From Idiomarina loihiensis L2TR (GTDB lineage: Bacteria; Pseudomonadota; Gammaproteobacteria; Enterobacterales; Alteromonadaceae), in contig NC_006512.1 of the NCBI RefSeq assembly GCF_000008465.1, positions 750,001 to 782,000 of the forward strand: a stretch of DNA of 32,000 nt, written 5' to 3'. Under the pieces are notes generated by a model. The model was given only the letters and a program-made list of their open reading frames with translations. It was not told the DNA's origin and ran no database searches. Shown here in pieces: positions 17,274 through 26,915 of the stretch; position 1 is the stretch's first letter; every line of letters starts with the position of its first letter. Both the position numbers and the translations under genes were made by a program.

Positions 17274-18263
17274 CTATAACGAATTTTCTTGCTGATAATA
17301 GAGTTTTGCTGCAACTTGTTGCGCTGAATTTAAAATTAGCTGACTTAACGGGTGTTCCGGCTGTGCTAACAATAGTGGTGTATCGCCATCCAGACTCTCG
17401 CGCAGCTCACTGTTCAAAGGCCACTGTCCCAATAACGGTAAGTTGTGCTCAGTTGCCATAACCGCCCCCCCGTTTTTGCCAAAAACCGCATCTTCATGCC
17501 CACACGACGGACATTGGTAAAAACTCATGTTTTCCAATATGCCTATAAGCGGAATATTCAGCTTTTCAAACATAGCCACGCCTTTCTCCGCGTCTTTAAG
17601 TGCAACGGTTTGAGGTGTGGTTACTACCACCGCGCCAGTTACCGGTAATTTTTGTGCCATGGTCAACTGAATATCGCCAGTACCCGGCGGCATATCCACA
17701 ATAAGATAATCAAGCGCTGGCCAGGCCGTGTCTTTGTAAAGCTGCTGCAGAGCGCCACTTGCCATAGGACCGCGCCAAATAGTCGCATCGTTGTCCTCAA
17801 CCAGGTATCCCAGCGAATGTACATGCAATCCGTGGCGCTCTAAAGGCATCATTTTATTGTTCTTGGTCAGCTCCATCTCTGAGCCGCCACCGCCAAGCAT
17901 GGTCGGAATTGATGGCCCGTAAATATCGGCATCCAGCAAGCCAACCTTGGCGCCTAGCTGTGATAAAGCTAGTGCCAGATTCACACTGACAGAGGATTTC
18001 CCCACTCCGCCTTTGCCTGAGGAGACAACAATGACATTACCCGTGGTAAGCGGTAATTCCGGCTGTGAGTTCTTCAATTTTTTGATCTGACAATTAAGCT
18101 GCCAGTCAAACTCGCCCAGTTCAGAATCCTCTTGTATGGCTTTCAGCAAGGACTCGCCAGCAACAAAAGGCAAATTCAATACCCGTTGCTTACCGGAGCC
18201 AGTTACCCAGTTATCGGGTATGCCATTAGGCAATAAGGGGTGAGTAAAATCTTTCATCATCAA
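17274..18263 (-). CDS. apbC: Iron-sulfur cluster carrier ATPase ApbC/Mrp
   Basis: Deviant Walker A SSGKGGVGKSS and the Fe-S bridging CPSC motif. The gene is divergent from metG, exactly as mrp and metG are in E. coli. Confidence 0.9.
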   Translation of the reverse strand: MMMKDFTHPLLPNGIPDNWVTGSGKQRVLNLPFVAGESLLKAIQEDSELGEFDWQLNCQIKKLKNSQPELPLTTGNVIVVSSGKGGVGKSSVSVNLALALSQLGAKVGLLDADIYGPSIPTMLGGGGSEMELTKNNKMMPLERHGLHVHSLGYLVEDNDATIWRGPMASGALQQLYKDTAWPALDYLIVDMPPGTGDIQLTMAQKLPVTGAVVVTTPQTVALKDAEKGVAMFEKLNIPLIGILENMSFYQCPSCGHEDAVFGKNGGAVMATEHNLPLLGQWPLNSELRESLDGDTPLLLAQPEHPLSQLILNSAQQVAAKLYYQQENSL

Positions 18264-18365
18264 CCTCGGGGATCTGTGTATCAGCCAAGAGCTATGCTAA
18301 CATGAGCGGCATAAAACTTTAGGGTTTACATTCGATTAATCAACAAAACGGAAGCAGATTTTCGC

Positions 18366-20399
18366 ATGAGCCAATCCGCACGTAAAATACTGGTTACTAA
18401 CGCACTGCCTTACGCAAACGGCCCTATCCATATCGGTCACATGTTGGGCTATATTCAGGCCGATATCTGGGTACGCTTTCAGAAGCTGCGCGGTAACGAA
18501 TGCCACTTCGTCTGTGCTGACGATGCGCATGGCACACCGATTATGCTGAAAGCCCAGCAGCTTGGTATAACGCCTGAACAGATGATTGGCGACATGCAAC
18601 GCTCGCATGAATCCGATTTTAGTGATTTTTTAGTCGGTTTTGACCACTACTACAGCACGCACAGTGACGAAAACCGTGAGTTGGCTGAGACTATCTACAC
18701 GCGTCTTGATAAAGCCGGACATATTAAAACCAAAGTCATTGAACAGCTGTATGACCCGCAAAAAGAGATGTTCCTGCCCGATCGCTTCGTTAAAGGCGAG
18801 TGTCCGGATTGCGGCGCAGAAGACCAGTACGGCGACAACTGCGATGTTTGTGGTGCAACATACGCACCAACCGACCTGAAAAACCCCAAGTCGGTGGTTT
18901 CTGGCGCAGAACCCGAACTGCGTGAGTCTGAACATTACTTTTTCGACCTGCCGGCATTTGGTGACATGCTAAAAAGCTGGACGCGCTCTGGCTCATTGCA
19001 AAATGAAATGGCGAACAAGCTCAACGAATGGTTTGAACAAGGCTTGCAACGGTGGGACATTTCCCGCGACGCGCCCTACTTTGGCTTTAAAATTCCCGGC
19101 ACCGAAAATAAATACTTCTACGTATGGCTGGATGCGCCTATAGGCTACATGAGCAGTTTTAAAAACTATTGCTCAACCACAGGCAAAGCAGACTGGGACA
19201 CTTATTGGCAAGCTGACAGCGAAGCCGAGCTTTATCACTTTATTGGCAAGGACATTATCTACTTCCACAGCTTATTCTGGCCTGCCATGTTAAAAGGTGC
19301 CGATTTCCGTCAACCAACCAATGTCTGGGCACATGGTTTTATTACGGTTAACGGGACTAAAATGTCCAAATCGAAAGGGACATTCATTAAGGCTCGTACC
19401 TACCTTGAGCATCTTGACCCGGAATATCTGCGTTATTACTTTGCAGCCAAACTGACAAGCCGTATTGACGATTTAGACCTGAATCTGACCGACTTCGCAC
19501 AACGGGTCAATTCAGACCTTGTTGGTAAGGTGATTAATATTGCCAGCCGCTGCGCCGGTTTTATTCAGAAAAAGTTCGATGGAAGACTTTCATCTAACGT
19601 AGCTGACTCAGCACTGTTAGAAGACTTTCAGCTGGCCGGTGACAACATCGCTGAGCTTTATGAAAAACGAGAGTTCTCACGTGCCATGCGCGACATTATG
19701 GCGTTGGCTGATCGTGCCAACCAGTACATTGCTGATAAAGAACCCTGGCAGTTAATTAAGCAGGAAGGCAGCGAGCAGGAAGTTCATGAAATTTGCTCGT
19801 TGGGTATCAATCTATTCCGAGTGTTAATGGTGTATTTAGCGCCAGTTGTACCAAAACTGACCGAAGAAGTGCAGAGCTTCTTAAACGACAACTTCACCTG
19901 GGACAGCCACAAAACGGCTTTAACAGACCACCCGATAGATAAATTCAAAGCGCTCATGCAGCGCGTTGAAATGGATGACGTAAACGCCATGATTGACGCA
20001 TCAAAAGAAGAGCAAGCTTCACAAACTCCGGCTGTGGAAGCCAATGATGAATTGAAGAAAGAACCCATTGCCGATGAAATAAGTTTTGACGATTTTGCTA
20101 AAGTTGATTTACGCGTTGCCCGCATTGCAAATGCCGAGCACGTTGAAGGTGCAGATAAGTTATTGAAACTGACATTGGATCTTGGCGGTGAAACTCGTCA
20201 GGTATTTGCCGGCATAAAATCAGCTTATGATCCGGAAGCATTGAAAGGTCAATTAACCGTTATGGTTGCGAACTTGGCACCTCGAAAAATGCGCTTTGGT
20301 TTATCTGAAGGCATGGTGCTTGCAGCAGGCCCGGGTAAAGATGAAATCTACATTCTGAACCCGCACGATGGCGCCAAACCCGGTATGAGAATAATGTAA
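18366..20399 (+). CDS. metG: Methionine--tRNA ligase
   Basis: 677 aa. It has the HIGH-type motif (PIHIGH), KMSKS, the zinc knuckles CPDCG...CDVCG, and a C-terminal Trbp111/EMAP-like tRNA-binding domain. Confidence 0.97.
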   Translation: MSQSARKILVTNALPYANGPIHIGHMLGYIQADIWVRFQKLRGNECHFVCADDAHGTPIMLKAQQLGITPEQMIGDMQRSHESDFSDFLVGFDHYYSTHSDENRELAETIYTRLDKAGHIKTKVIEQLYDPQKEMFLPDRFVKGECPDCGAEDQYGDNCDVCGATYAPTDLKNPKSVVSGAEPELRESEHYFFDLPAFGDMLKSWTRSGSLQNEMANKLNEWFEQGLQRWDISRDAPYFGFKIPGTENKYFYVWLDAPIGYMSSFKNYCSTTGKADWDTYWQADSEAELYHFIGKDIIYFHSLFWPAMLKGADFRQPTNVWAHGFITVNGTKMSKSKGTFIKARTYLEHLDPEYLRYYFAAKLTSRIDDLDLNLTDFAQRVNSDLVGKVINIASRCAGFIQKKFDGRLSSNVADSALLEDFQLAGDNIAELYEKREFSRAMRDIMALADRANQYIADKEPWQLIKQEGSEQEVHEICSLGINLFRVLMVYLAPVVPKLTEEVQSFLNDNFTWDSHKTALTDHPIDKFKALMQRVEMDDVNAMIDASKEEQASQTPAVEANDELKKEPIADEISFDDFAKVDLRVARIANAEHVEGADKLLKLTLDLGGETRQVFAGIKSAYDPEALKGQLTVMVANLAPRKMRFGLSEGMVLAAGPGKDEIYILNPHDGAKPGMRIM

Positions 20400-20411
20400 T
20401 CAATCGGGCAA

Positions 20412-20714
20412 CTAGTCCATTGATATAATACGACACCCCAGAATAAAGTCGCCGCTGTTGTCTTCCAGTCTCTGACTGCGAACAACTTCAGCGGTAACTT
20501 TCAACGGGGCTATGGAACCAGACGAGCCAATTTCCGCAAATAAGCTATCGCCAATTTCTGCGTTTTCAGGTAATTGCAAAGATAAACCAACCGCACTTAA
20601 ATCAAGACAAATCCCCTGTAACTGCTGCTCTCCCTTTTCATTTTTAAGAGTAACCTTTACATCTGCATTGACTGCCATTCGCATGAAATTTCGATTTTCC
20701 GGGGATTCCAGCAT
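20412..20714 (-). CDS. Stand-alone PilZ domain protein (putative c-di-GMP receptor), 100 aa
   Basis: An RxxxR-like motif (RNFMR) near the N-terminus and DLSAVGLSL (D/NxSxxG) about 25 aa later. The size is typical of single-domain PilZ proteins. Confidence 0.65.
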   Translation of the reverse strand: MLESPENRNFMRMAVNADVKVTLKNEKGEQQLQGICLDLSAVGLSLQLPENAEIGDSLFAEIGSSGSIAPLKVTAEVVRSQRLEDNSGDFILGCRIISMD

Positions 20715-20812
20715 GTTGTCCTCTTATTTGTATATTAAGTGTAAATCTTACTTAAGTTTTAGCACGCCTTAGCCGATAAAAAAACATTATCGGATAACAT
20801 GGAACCGTCATC

Positions 20813-21124
20813 ATGGTAGAAGCGAAGTTTTCAATTGGTCAACTTATCACACACAGCCTTTACGGTTACCGTGGCGTGATTATTGATGCTGACCCGTGCT
20901 TCACGCTATCTGACAGCTGGTACAATAAAATGGCAACCTCTAAACCGGCCAAAGATCAGCCGTGGTACCATATTTTAGTTAACAACTCGTCAATTCAGAC
21001 TTATGTCAGTGAAAGCAGCTTAGAAGCCGACTTTTCAGAGCAGGCAATTCAACACCCAATGGTTGACCTTTTGTTTTCGGGAAAATCCGCCAGCCAATAT
21101 AAGCTGTCCGAAAACCTCAACTGA
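20813..21124 (+). CDS. hspQ: Heat shock protein HspQ (YccV, hemimethylated-DNA-binding domain)
   Basis: MVEAKFSIGQLITHSLYGYRGVIIDADPCF...QPWYHILV parallels E. coli HspQ ([28 protein letters not shown]...APWYHVV). Confidence 0.85.
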   Translation: MVEAKFSIGQLITHSLYGYRGVIIDADPCFTLSDSWYNKMATSKPAKDQPWYHILVNNSSIQTYVSESSLEADFSEQAIQHPMVDLLFSGKSASQYKLSENLN

Positions 21125-21185
21125 ATTTGCCGATGCCCAATGCTATAGTTACCATAGACTAAAATAGCGTAATAAGGGTAAGACA

Positions 21186-21554
21186 ATGGCAGAAGAAACA
21201 ATTTTCACAAAAATTATTAACCGTGATATCCCTGCGGACATTATCTACGAAGATGACAAAGCGCTTGCGTTTAAAGATATAAATCCACAAGCCCCGTTCC
21301 ACTGTTTGATCATTCCCAAACAACCTATTGCGACAGCAAACGACATTAATGAAGACAACGCCGGTTTGGTTGGCCACTTGTATGTGGTTGCAGCTAAATT
21401 AGCAGCGGAACATAATTTTTCACAAGACGGTTACCGGTTAGTCATGAACTGTAATGAGTATGGTGGCCAGACGGTGTATCACATTCATCTACACATGCTG
21501 GCTGGAAAACAAATGGGCTGGCCACCTTATACTGATAAGAAAAAAGAAGCGTAA
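21186..21554 (+). CDS. hinT: HIT-family purine nucleoside phosphoramidase
   Basis: MAEETIFTKIINRDIPADIIYEDD... and the histidine triad HIHLHML. It is near-collinear with E. coli HinT. Confidence 0.9.
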   Translation: MAEETIFTKIINRDIPADIIYEDDKALAFKDINPQAPFHCLIIPKQPIATANDINEDNAGLVGHLYVVAAKLAAEHNFSQDGYRLVMNCNEYGGQTVYHIHLHMLAGKQMGWPPYTDKKKEA

Positions 21555-21559
21555 AGCAA

Positions 21560-22003
21560 TTAAGGGCGATACCGAGTATCAAGAATTTTATCAACGACCC
21601 AGGCATCGTCCCTTTTAATCAGTACCACATCACGGCTGTCCTTCGCTCTCTCACCGTTGTGATAGCCGTCAAAAATGACCGTTACTCGTAAATCTTCCGA
21701 ATTATTTAAGTAATCGGTAAAAGAGTTGGTTTCCACTTCAATTTCAACGGTTTCAAAATAGCGGCCAAGAACGTACCTCTGAACCGCACTAACCGCACCA
21801 TAATGATCAATTAAGTCAGCCATACGCTCTGAAGACAGCTGTTTCGCCTGCTCTAAGTCTCCGTCTTTATAAATTGAGTCATAAAAACCCTGGATAACTT
21901 CTTCCGGCTGGGCTTGTGCATAATTTATCGGTTCGTCGTCTCCACACGCAGATAACGTCACTATAGTGAAAGCCACTACCAATAAGTTTATAATTTTCAT
22001 CAC
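21560..22003 (-). CDS. Hypothetical lipoprotein (about 147 aa)
   Basis: Lipobox LSAC after a hydrophobic signal. It starts 3 nt after the ggt stop on the same strand. I do not confidently recognise a family. Confidence 0.6.
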   Translation of the reverse strand: MMKIINLLVVAFTIVTLSACGDDEPINYAQAQPEEVIQGFYDSIYKDGDLEQAKQLSSERMADLIDHYGAVSAVQRYVLGRYFETVEIEVETNSFTDYLNNSEDLRVTVIFDGYHNGERAKDSRDVVLIKRDDAWVVDKILDTRYRP

Positions 22004-22006
22004 CTG

Positions 22007-23746
22007 CTATTCTCCTTTTGCCACACCTTCGCGACGTGGGTCAGCACCGCCAATAAGAGTGCCGTCTGAATCAATGCTAACTCCGTGTAAGCCACTGTTT
22101 AAATCAATAACTTTAACGTCATGTCCGCGCTTCTCTAAATCTGCTTTGAGTTCACTTATGTCCCGACCTTTTTCCAGCGAGGTATAATCATTACGGTTAG
22201 TTACGTGACCAAGATTGATAGCTTGCTGGACGTTTAGGTTCCAGTCCAGCATGCCAACTAATGTCTGGCTGACATAATTAATAATTCGGCTGCCGCCGGG
22301 GGAACCTAACGCGTGTAAAACCTGTTCACCCTTCTCGTCCAGTACAATAATGGGATCCATTGAACTACGGGGGCGTTTCCCCGCCTCAACTCTGTTCGCA
22401 TACTTTTCTTTACCATCGCCCGGCGCCAGAGAAAAGTCCGTTAATTGGTTGTTTAACAAGAAACCGCCGGCCATGACCGTTGAGCCGAAACCCATTTCAA
22501 TACTGGTGGTCATAGACAATACATTGCCTTCGGCGTCGACTATTGAGACATGGCTGGTATTTGGCAGTTCATAAGCAATATCCTGCTCATACTCGGGCTG
22601 TAACTGAACTCCCGGTTTTGCCTTGCCCATGTCATTTTCGGTAATTTTATCTGCCCGGCTCGACAAGTAAGTTTTGTCCAGCATGGCTTCAACTGGCATC
22701 TCTACAAAGTCAGGATCCGCAATCCATTGGTTCCTGTCGGCATAAGCCATGCGTGACGCCTGAGTAAACAAATGAACGAATTGTTCTGAATTAGGTTCAA
22801 GCTCACCTAACTCAAAGTTTTCCAGCACGCCTAGTGTTTGCAGTGTTGTAATCCCCCCAGAACTTGGAGGTCCCATGCCACAGACCTGATATTGTCTATA
22901 TGCGCTGCATACTGGTTCGCGCAGTTTGGCTTTGTATTGGCTTAAATCTTTAAGACTTAATGCGCCTGGCTCGATAGGGCTGTTTTGTACCGCATCCACA
23001 ATCTTTGCTGCCAGCTCCCCCTGATAAAATGCATCAGCCCCCTGCTCAGCAATAAGACTTAAGCTCTTTGCATAGTCAGGGTTCTTGAGAATGGACTCCG
23101 CTTTCAATGGCTCTCCGTTAGGGAAAAAGTAGTCGCTGGCTTCAGGCATTTTTTTCACACCAGGGTTAATCTCCATCTCAACCAGCTTGGCCAGTCGCGG
23201 AGATACTTCAAAACCCTCTTTTGAAAGCTCAATAGTTTGACTAAAAAGTGACGACCAATCCGCTTTGCCCCAACGTTTATGAGCTAATTCCAGGCCGCGA
23301 ATGACTCCCGGTGTCCCGACTGAACGGCCACCGACGACGGCGTCAATCCACTTAGGCGCATTACCTTCTTCATCCAGAAACAAAGACTCAGTAGCGTCCA
23401 TAGGAGCAGTCTCACGCGCATCTATGCTGTACAGCTTGTTCTCTTCGTTATCCCAATACAGAATAAACGCACCGCCCCCCGGCCCCGATGACTGAGGTTC
23501 AACCAGCCCGAGCATAGCCTGTACAGCAATAGCGGCATCAACTGCAGAACCACCACGCTTTAAAACCTGATAGCCAGCGTCAACCGCGTGCGGGTTCGCT
23601 GCAGCCACCATAAAGTTATCGGCAGTTACCGCACTCTTCTCAACAAAGCCAGTTGCGGCTTCCGGTTCACGGGTTTCTTGTTCGGATGCAGGCGTACAGG
23701 CAGTTAATACGCTTGCAGCAATTATTGTCGGTAGCCAGAACTTCAT
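22007..23746 (-). CDS. ggt: Gamma-glutamyltransferase (lipoprotein form)
   Basis: 579 aa with lipobox LTAC. GPGGGAF, the autoprocessing nucleophile context NTSHVSIVD, and GSPGGSRII are classic GGT blocks. Confidence 0.92.
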   Translation of the reverse strand: MKFWLPTIIAASVLTACTPASEQETREPEAATGFVEKSAVTADNFMVAAANPHAVDAGYQVLKRGGSAVDAAIAVQAMLGLVEPQSSGPGGGAFILYWDNEENKLYSIDARETAPMDATESLFLDEEGNAPKWIDAVVGGRSVGTPGVIRGLELAHKRWGKADWSSLFSQTIELSKEGFEVSPRLAKLVEMEINPGVKKMPEASDYFFPNGEPLKAESILKNPDYAKSLSLIAEQGADAFYQGELAAKIVDAVQNSPIEPGALSLKDLSQYKAKLREPVCSAYRQYQVCGMGPPSSGGITTLQTLGVLENFELGELEPNSEQFVHLFTQASRMAYADRNQWIADPDFVEMPVEAMLDKTYLSSRADKITENDMGKAKPGVQLQPEYEQDIAYELPNTSHVSIVDAEGNVLSMTTSIEMGFGSTVMAGGFLLNNQLTDFSLAPGDGKEKYANRVEAGKRPRSSMDPIIVLDEKGEQVLHALGSPGGSRIINYVSQTLVGMLDWNLNVQQAINLGHVTNRNDYTSLEKGRDISELKADLEKRGHDVKVIDLNSGLHGVSIDSDGTLIGGADPRREGVAKGE

Positions 23747-23823
23747 AAGGCCTCATTCATATTGGGAGGAATTTCCCCTATCATACGAATCAGAAACCAA
23801 TGACGCAACGAAAAGGAAAACGA

Positions 23824-24393
23824 ATGGAGAGGTTTAATCAATACTGGGCAGGGCTTGCCCTTGTTCTGATTTTATCCATTTTTTTACAACTGATGCCTCA
23901 GTGGCACTCGTTACTGACTTTTAACTCAGAAACAGTTATGGCTGAAGGCTGGCCATTGATTAGCGCCCACTTTATTCATTTAGACTGGTGGCATGCGTTG
24001 TTTAACTTCATTGGGCTGGCGCTCATTGTTCTCATTTGGCGTGAATACTGGAGCACTCGGTGGCTAATAAACGCTCTGCTGATAAGCGGTGTTGCAACCT
24101 CTCTAATGCTCTGGATTATGCCGGTTAATTTAAGCTTTGTCGGTTTATCTGGTGTGTTACACGGACTGCTTGCTTATTGCTTAATTAAGGACATTCGTGC
24201 GGGTAAAAAATGGATGTGGCTTATTCTAATTGCACTTGTGGCAAAGGTCGTTGCCGAGTTACTTGGCTGGCAGCCGGATCACTTTGTTGGCGAGCATGTC
24301 AGCTACATTCACGCGGCAGGTTTAGTGAGCTCATTATTGCTTTATAAATTAGAACGGCGCCGCATTAGTGACGCCGTTCCCTTCGATAAGTAA
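23824..24393 (+). CDS. rrtA: Rhombosortase (rhomboid-family intramembrane serine protease for GlyGly-CTERM proteins)
   Basis: About 190 aa with 6 TM helices and no extra domains. Motifs are WPLISAHFIHLDWWHALFN (HxxxN), GLSGVLHG (GxSG catalytic Ser) and IHAAG (catalytic His). I prefer the ATG at 23824 (AAGGA 7 nt upstream) over 23800. Confidence 0.75.
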   Translation: MERFNQYWAGLALVLILSIFLQLMPQWHSLLTFNSETVMAEGWPLISAHFIHLDWWHALFNFIGLALIVLIWREYWSTRWLINALLISGVATSLMLWIMPVNLSFVGLSGVLHGLLAYCLIKDIRAGKKWMWLILIALVAKVVAELLGWQPDHFVGEHVSYIHAAGLVSSLLLYKLERRRISDAVPFDK

Positions 24394-24401
24394 AGTTCGC
24401 T

Positions 24402-26885
24402 TTACTTCAGGTTTTCTTCAAACAACTTAAAAATCCGACGGTATTCGTTCAGCCAACTTTCAGGCTGACGGAAACCGTGCGGTTCCACCGGATAAATTGC
24501 CGTTTCCCAGTCTTCTTTCTTCAGCTCAATTAAACGCTGCACAAGGCGAACACTGTCCTGAAAAAACACATTGTCATCAACCATCGGAGAGTTGATAAGC
24601 AGCGCATCTTCTAAACCTTCAGCAAAGTAGATAGGGGAACTGCGACGATACGCAATAGCATCGTCCTGCGGTAAATTCAGAATGTTTGAGGTATAGCTGG
24701 TGTTATAATGAGCCCAGTCAGTCACCGGACGCAAAGCAGAACCAGCCTCAAATAAACCTGGCTCTTTAAACAAAGCCATAAAAGTCAAAAAGCCACCATA
24801 AGAACCGCCATAGGTTCCTAACTTGTCGCCATCAACGTTCAAGTCATTTTCTAAGTAAGTAGCAACGTCGACCAGGTCTTCAACTTCCGGCGTTCCCATT
24901 TGACGATAAATAGCGGTACGCCAGTCGCGTCCGTAACCTTTTGAACCGCGATAGTCGAGGTCTGCAACCACATAGCCATTTTTATTCAGTAAGCTGTGGA
25001 ACATGAACTCGCGGAAATAGCCTGACCAACCCATATGCGCGTTCTGCAAATAACCGGCACCGTGAATGAACACAACCGCAGGATATTCTTCGGCTCTGTG
25101 TTCATCAAAACCTTCAGGCTTATAGATGCGGGTATAAATAGGCTCATCAACATGAGAAGACTCAACCCCGACCAGTTCCGGCGCAGTCCAGTCAATACTC
25201 AGGAACTTTTCCGAAACCGTATGTGTCAGGCGCTTCGGTGTTTGAGATGAGTCTACAGCTTTATGATAAAGCTCAGGTGGCATTAACGGTGTTGAATGAG
25301 TCAGCAACAGCTCGTCACTTTCAGGGCTGAGCTCAAATGCGGTCATACCATCAAGGTCAGTCAAAGCTTCCGGTTCGCCGCTACCATCGGTTTTCACCCG
25401 GTACACTTCGTAGATACCAGGATGTTCAATGTTCGCCTGAAAATACAGATAGTCTCCGCTACGATTTAAGTCGGCAGACTCGACAACATAATGACCTTTA
25501 GTTAACTGGCGCGTACTGCCATCAATGCTCGTCGCATACAACTGTGAATAACCATCAGCCTCGGACATGAACCACAACTCACTGCTGTTTAACCAACCAA
25601 ACTCGTTGTGAGTGTAATTGATCCATGCATCGTCGTGTAAGCGGTCTTGAGAAACCAGTTTTTTACCGGCAGTATCAACAGTAGCAAGCCAGCGATCTTT
25701 GTTATCCCAGGCTTCCAGCATCACCGCAACTTCAGTTCCTTCAGCGTTCCACTGAATAGCACCGTTATCCCAACCCCAGTCGGACATCAGAGTTATTGGG
25801 CGCGGCTTCTCTTCAGAGGTGTAGCTTTCGCCTTCTGCCTCAAGATTTTCGCGCTTCACTTCTGCCAAAACATCTTCATTCCAGCCTGGTAACGTGTTGT
25901 AGGTTAGCGTCGACTGGCTGCCGTCGCTTAAATTGAGTAAAACCAATTGGTGTTCAACAGGCTTGGCATCAGCAACACGGCGACGCACGTTCTCACTTTT
26001 TACGCGGCCGTCTTCACTGATGTAGTTTGGCATAATATCGCCTTCATCACGCCAGCTTTGCGGCTCAGTAATAGCCACCAGCAAAAAGTCGCCTTTTGGT
26101 GACAAACTGGCCGACACCAACTCTTTATTTTCAGGTAAGTAGAAAGGCTTAGGCGCTAAGGTTGAGTTTTGCGCATGTAAGTTGGAACGCTGAGCAAAAC
26201 GTTCTTCCGATGCCTTACGCTCTTTTTGCACAAACTGAATTAACTCTTGTTCTTCACGAGCAAGGTAATCCTTCGGTTCTTCGTTTGCCTTAGGCTTTTC
26301 TTTAAAAGCTAATGAAGCAACCTGGCGGCTTAACCCCGAGTTCACATCAATAACAAAAAAGTTATTATCTTGTTGGTAGCTCAACTGCCCATTGGTCATA
26401 GGCTGTAGATTATGCTGGCGAGCATCGTCACGGGTTAATTGACGGAGACTGCCGTCATTAAAACGAACAAAAATATTGCCTTCAAAGGTATAAGCTAAAA
26501 AGCTGTCATCCGCTGCATGCACTTTTTCATCGGCAACGTACTGATGCAGGTTTTCTATAGCCACTTTCTGTGGTTCACCGGCACCATTTTCCAGCATCAT
26601 TAAGTCACGAATGTCGCTGCCTTCGCGCTTTTGATAAAAAAGAATGTCCTCACCATCCATACTCCAGAAAGCCTGCTCCGGGAAACGTCCCATCCAGTCC
26701 GGATCAGCCATAATTTGTTCCATGGTGAGAGCGGCGGTTCCCTGCGCACTGGCAAGAGAGTTAGCTTGTAAGGTCGGGGTGTTTTTCTGCGTGTCAGCAG
26801 TATTCGTATTCTGAGGAGAGGTTGATGCGCAAGAGGCGACAAACAATGCCGCCCCAATGGCCATCACCAGACGTGACTTCACCAT
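24402..26885 (-). CDS. S9-family serine peptidase (prolyl oligopeptidase / DPP-IV-like beta-propeller plus alpha/beta hydrolase); lipoprotein
   Basis: 827 aa with lipobox VASC. The C-terminal catalytic domain has the nucleophile elbow GGSYGG, followed by downstream Asp and His blocks (DDNV..., EPHGF). Confidence 0.85.
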   Translation of the reverse strand: MVKSRLVMAIGAALFVASCASTSPQNTNTADTQKNTPTLQANSLASAQGTAALTMEQIMADPDWMGRFPEQAFWSMDGEDILFYQKREGSDIRDLMMLENGAGEPQKVAIENLHQYVADEKVHAADDSFLAYTFEGNIFVRFNDGSLRQLTRDDARQHNLQPMTNGQLSYQQDNNFFVIDVNSGLSRQVASLAFKEKPKANEEPKDYLAREEQELIQFVQKERKASEERFAQRSNLHAQNSTLAPKPFYLPENKELVSASLSPKGDFLLVAITEPQSWRDEGDIMPNYISEDGRVKSENVRRRVADAKPVEHQLVLLNLSDGSQSTLTYNTLPGWNEDVLAEVKRENLEAEGESYTSEEKPRPITLMSDWGWDNGAIQWNAEGTEVAVMLEAWDNKDRWLATVDTAGKKLVSQDRLHDDAWINYTHNEFGWLNSSELWFMSEADGYSQLYATSIDGSTRQLTKGHYVVESADLNRSGDYLYFQANIEHPGIYEVYRVKTDGSGEPEALTDLDGMTAFELSPESDELLLTHSTPLMPPELYHKAVDSSQTPKRLTHTVSEKFLSIDWTAPELVGVESSHVDEPIYTRIYKPEGFDEHRAEEYPAVVFIHGAGYLQNAHMGWSGYFREFMFHSLLNKNGYVVADLDYRGSKGYGRDWRTAIYRQMGTPEVEDLVDVATYLENDLNVDGDKLGTYGGSYGGFLTFMALFKEPGLFEAGSALRPVTDWAHYNTSYTSNILNLPQDDAIAYRRSSPIYFAEGLEDALLINSPMVDDNVFFQDSVRLVQRLIELKKEDWETAIYPVEPHGFRQPESWLNEYRRIFKLFEENLK

Positions 26886-26915
26886 ATTATTATTTTCCTT
26901 TTTAGGATCCCTGGA

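Noticed and set aside
18630-20125. Several 60-113-aa antisense or out-of-frame ORFs inside metG (18630-18935, 18640-18879, 18695-18889, 18790-18996, 19784-20125)
   Set aside because: All are nested in the unambiguous MetG CDS, have no translation signals, and show Cys/Arg/Ser-rich shadow-frame composition.
20799-20819. 6-codon mini-ORF (MEPSSW) overlapping the hspQ start, and a similar MVLTTE mini-ORF upstream of hppD (about 30799-30819, minus strand)
   Set aside because: Neither has a Shine-Dalgarno, and such short ORFs occur by chance at this frequency. There is no attenuator-like structure associated with them.
5005-23823. Longer N-terminal extensions proposed by the ORF track (TTG 5005, ATG 13657, ATG 15695, TTG 15721, ATG 23800)
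   Set aside because: In each case an internal ATG is preceded at 5-8 nt by a clear AGGAG/AAGGA-type Shine-Dalgarno. It also yields an N-terminus that matches the family (signal peptide, or a conserved start such as MPIVFDNRF for SelO). The extensions lack a Shine-Dalgarno.
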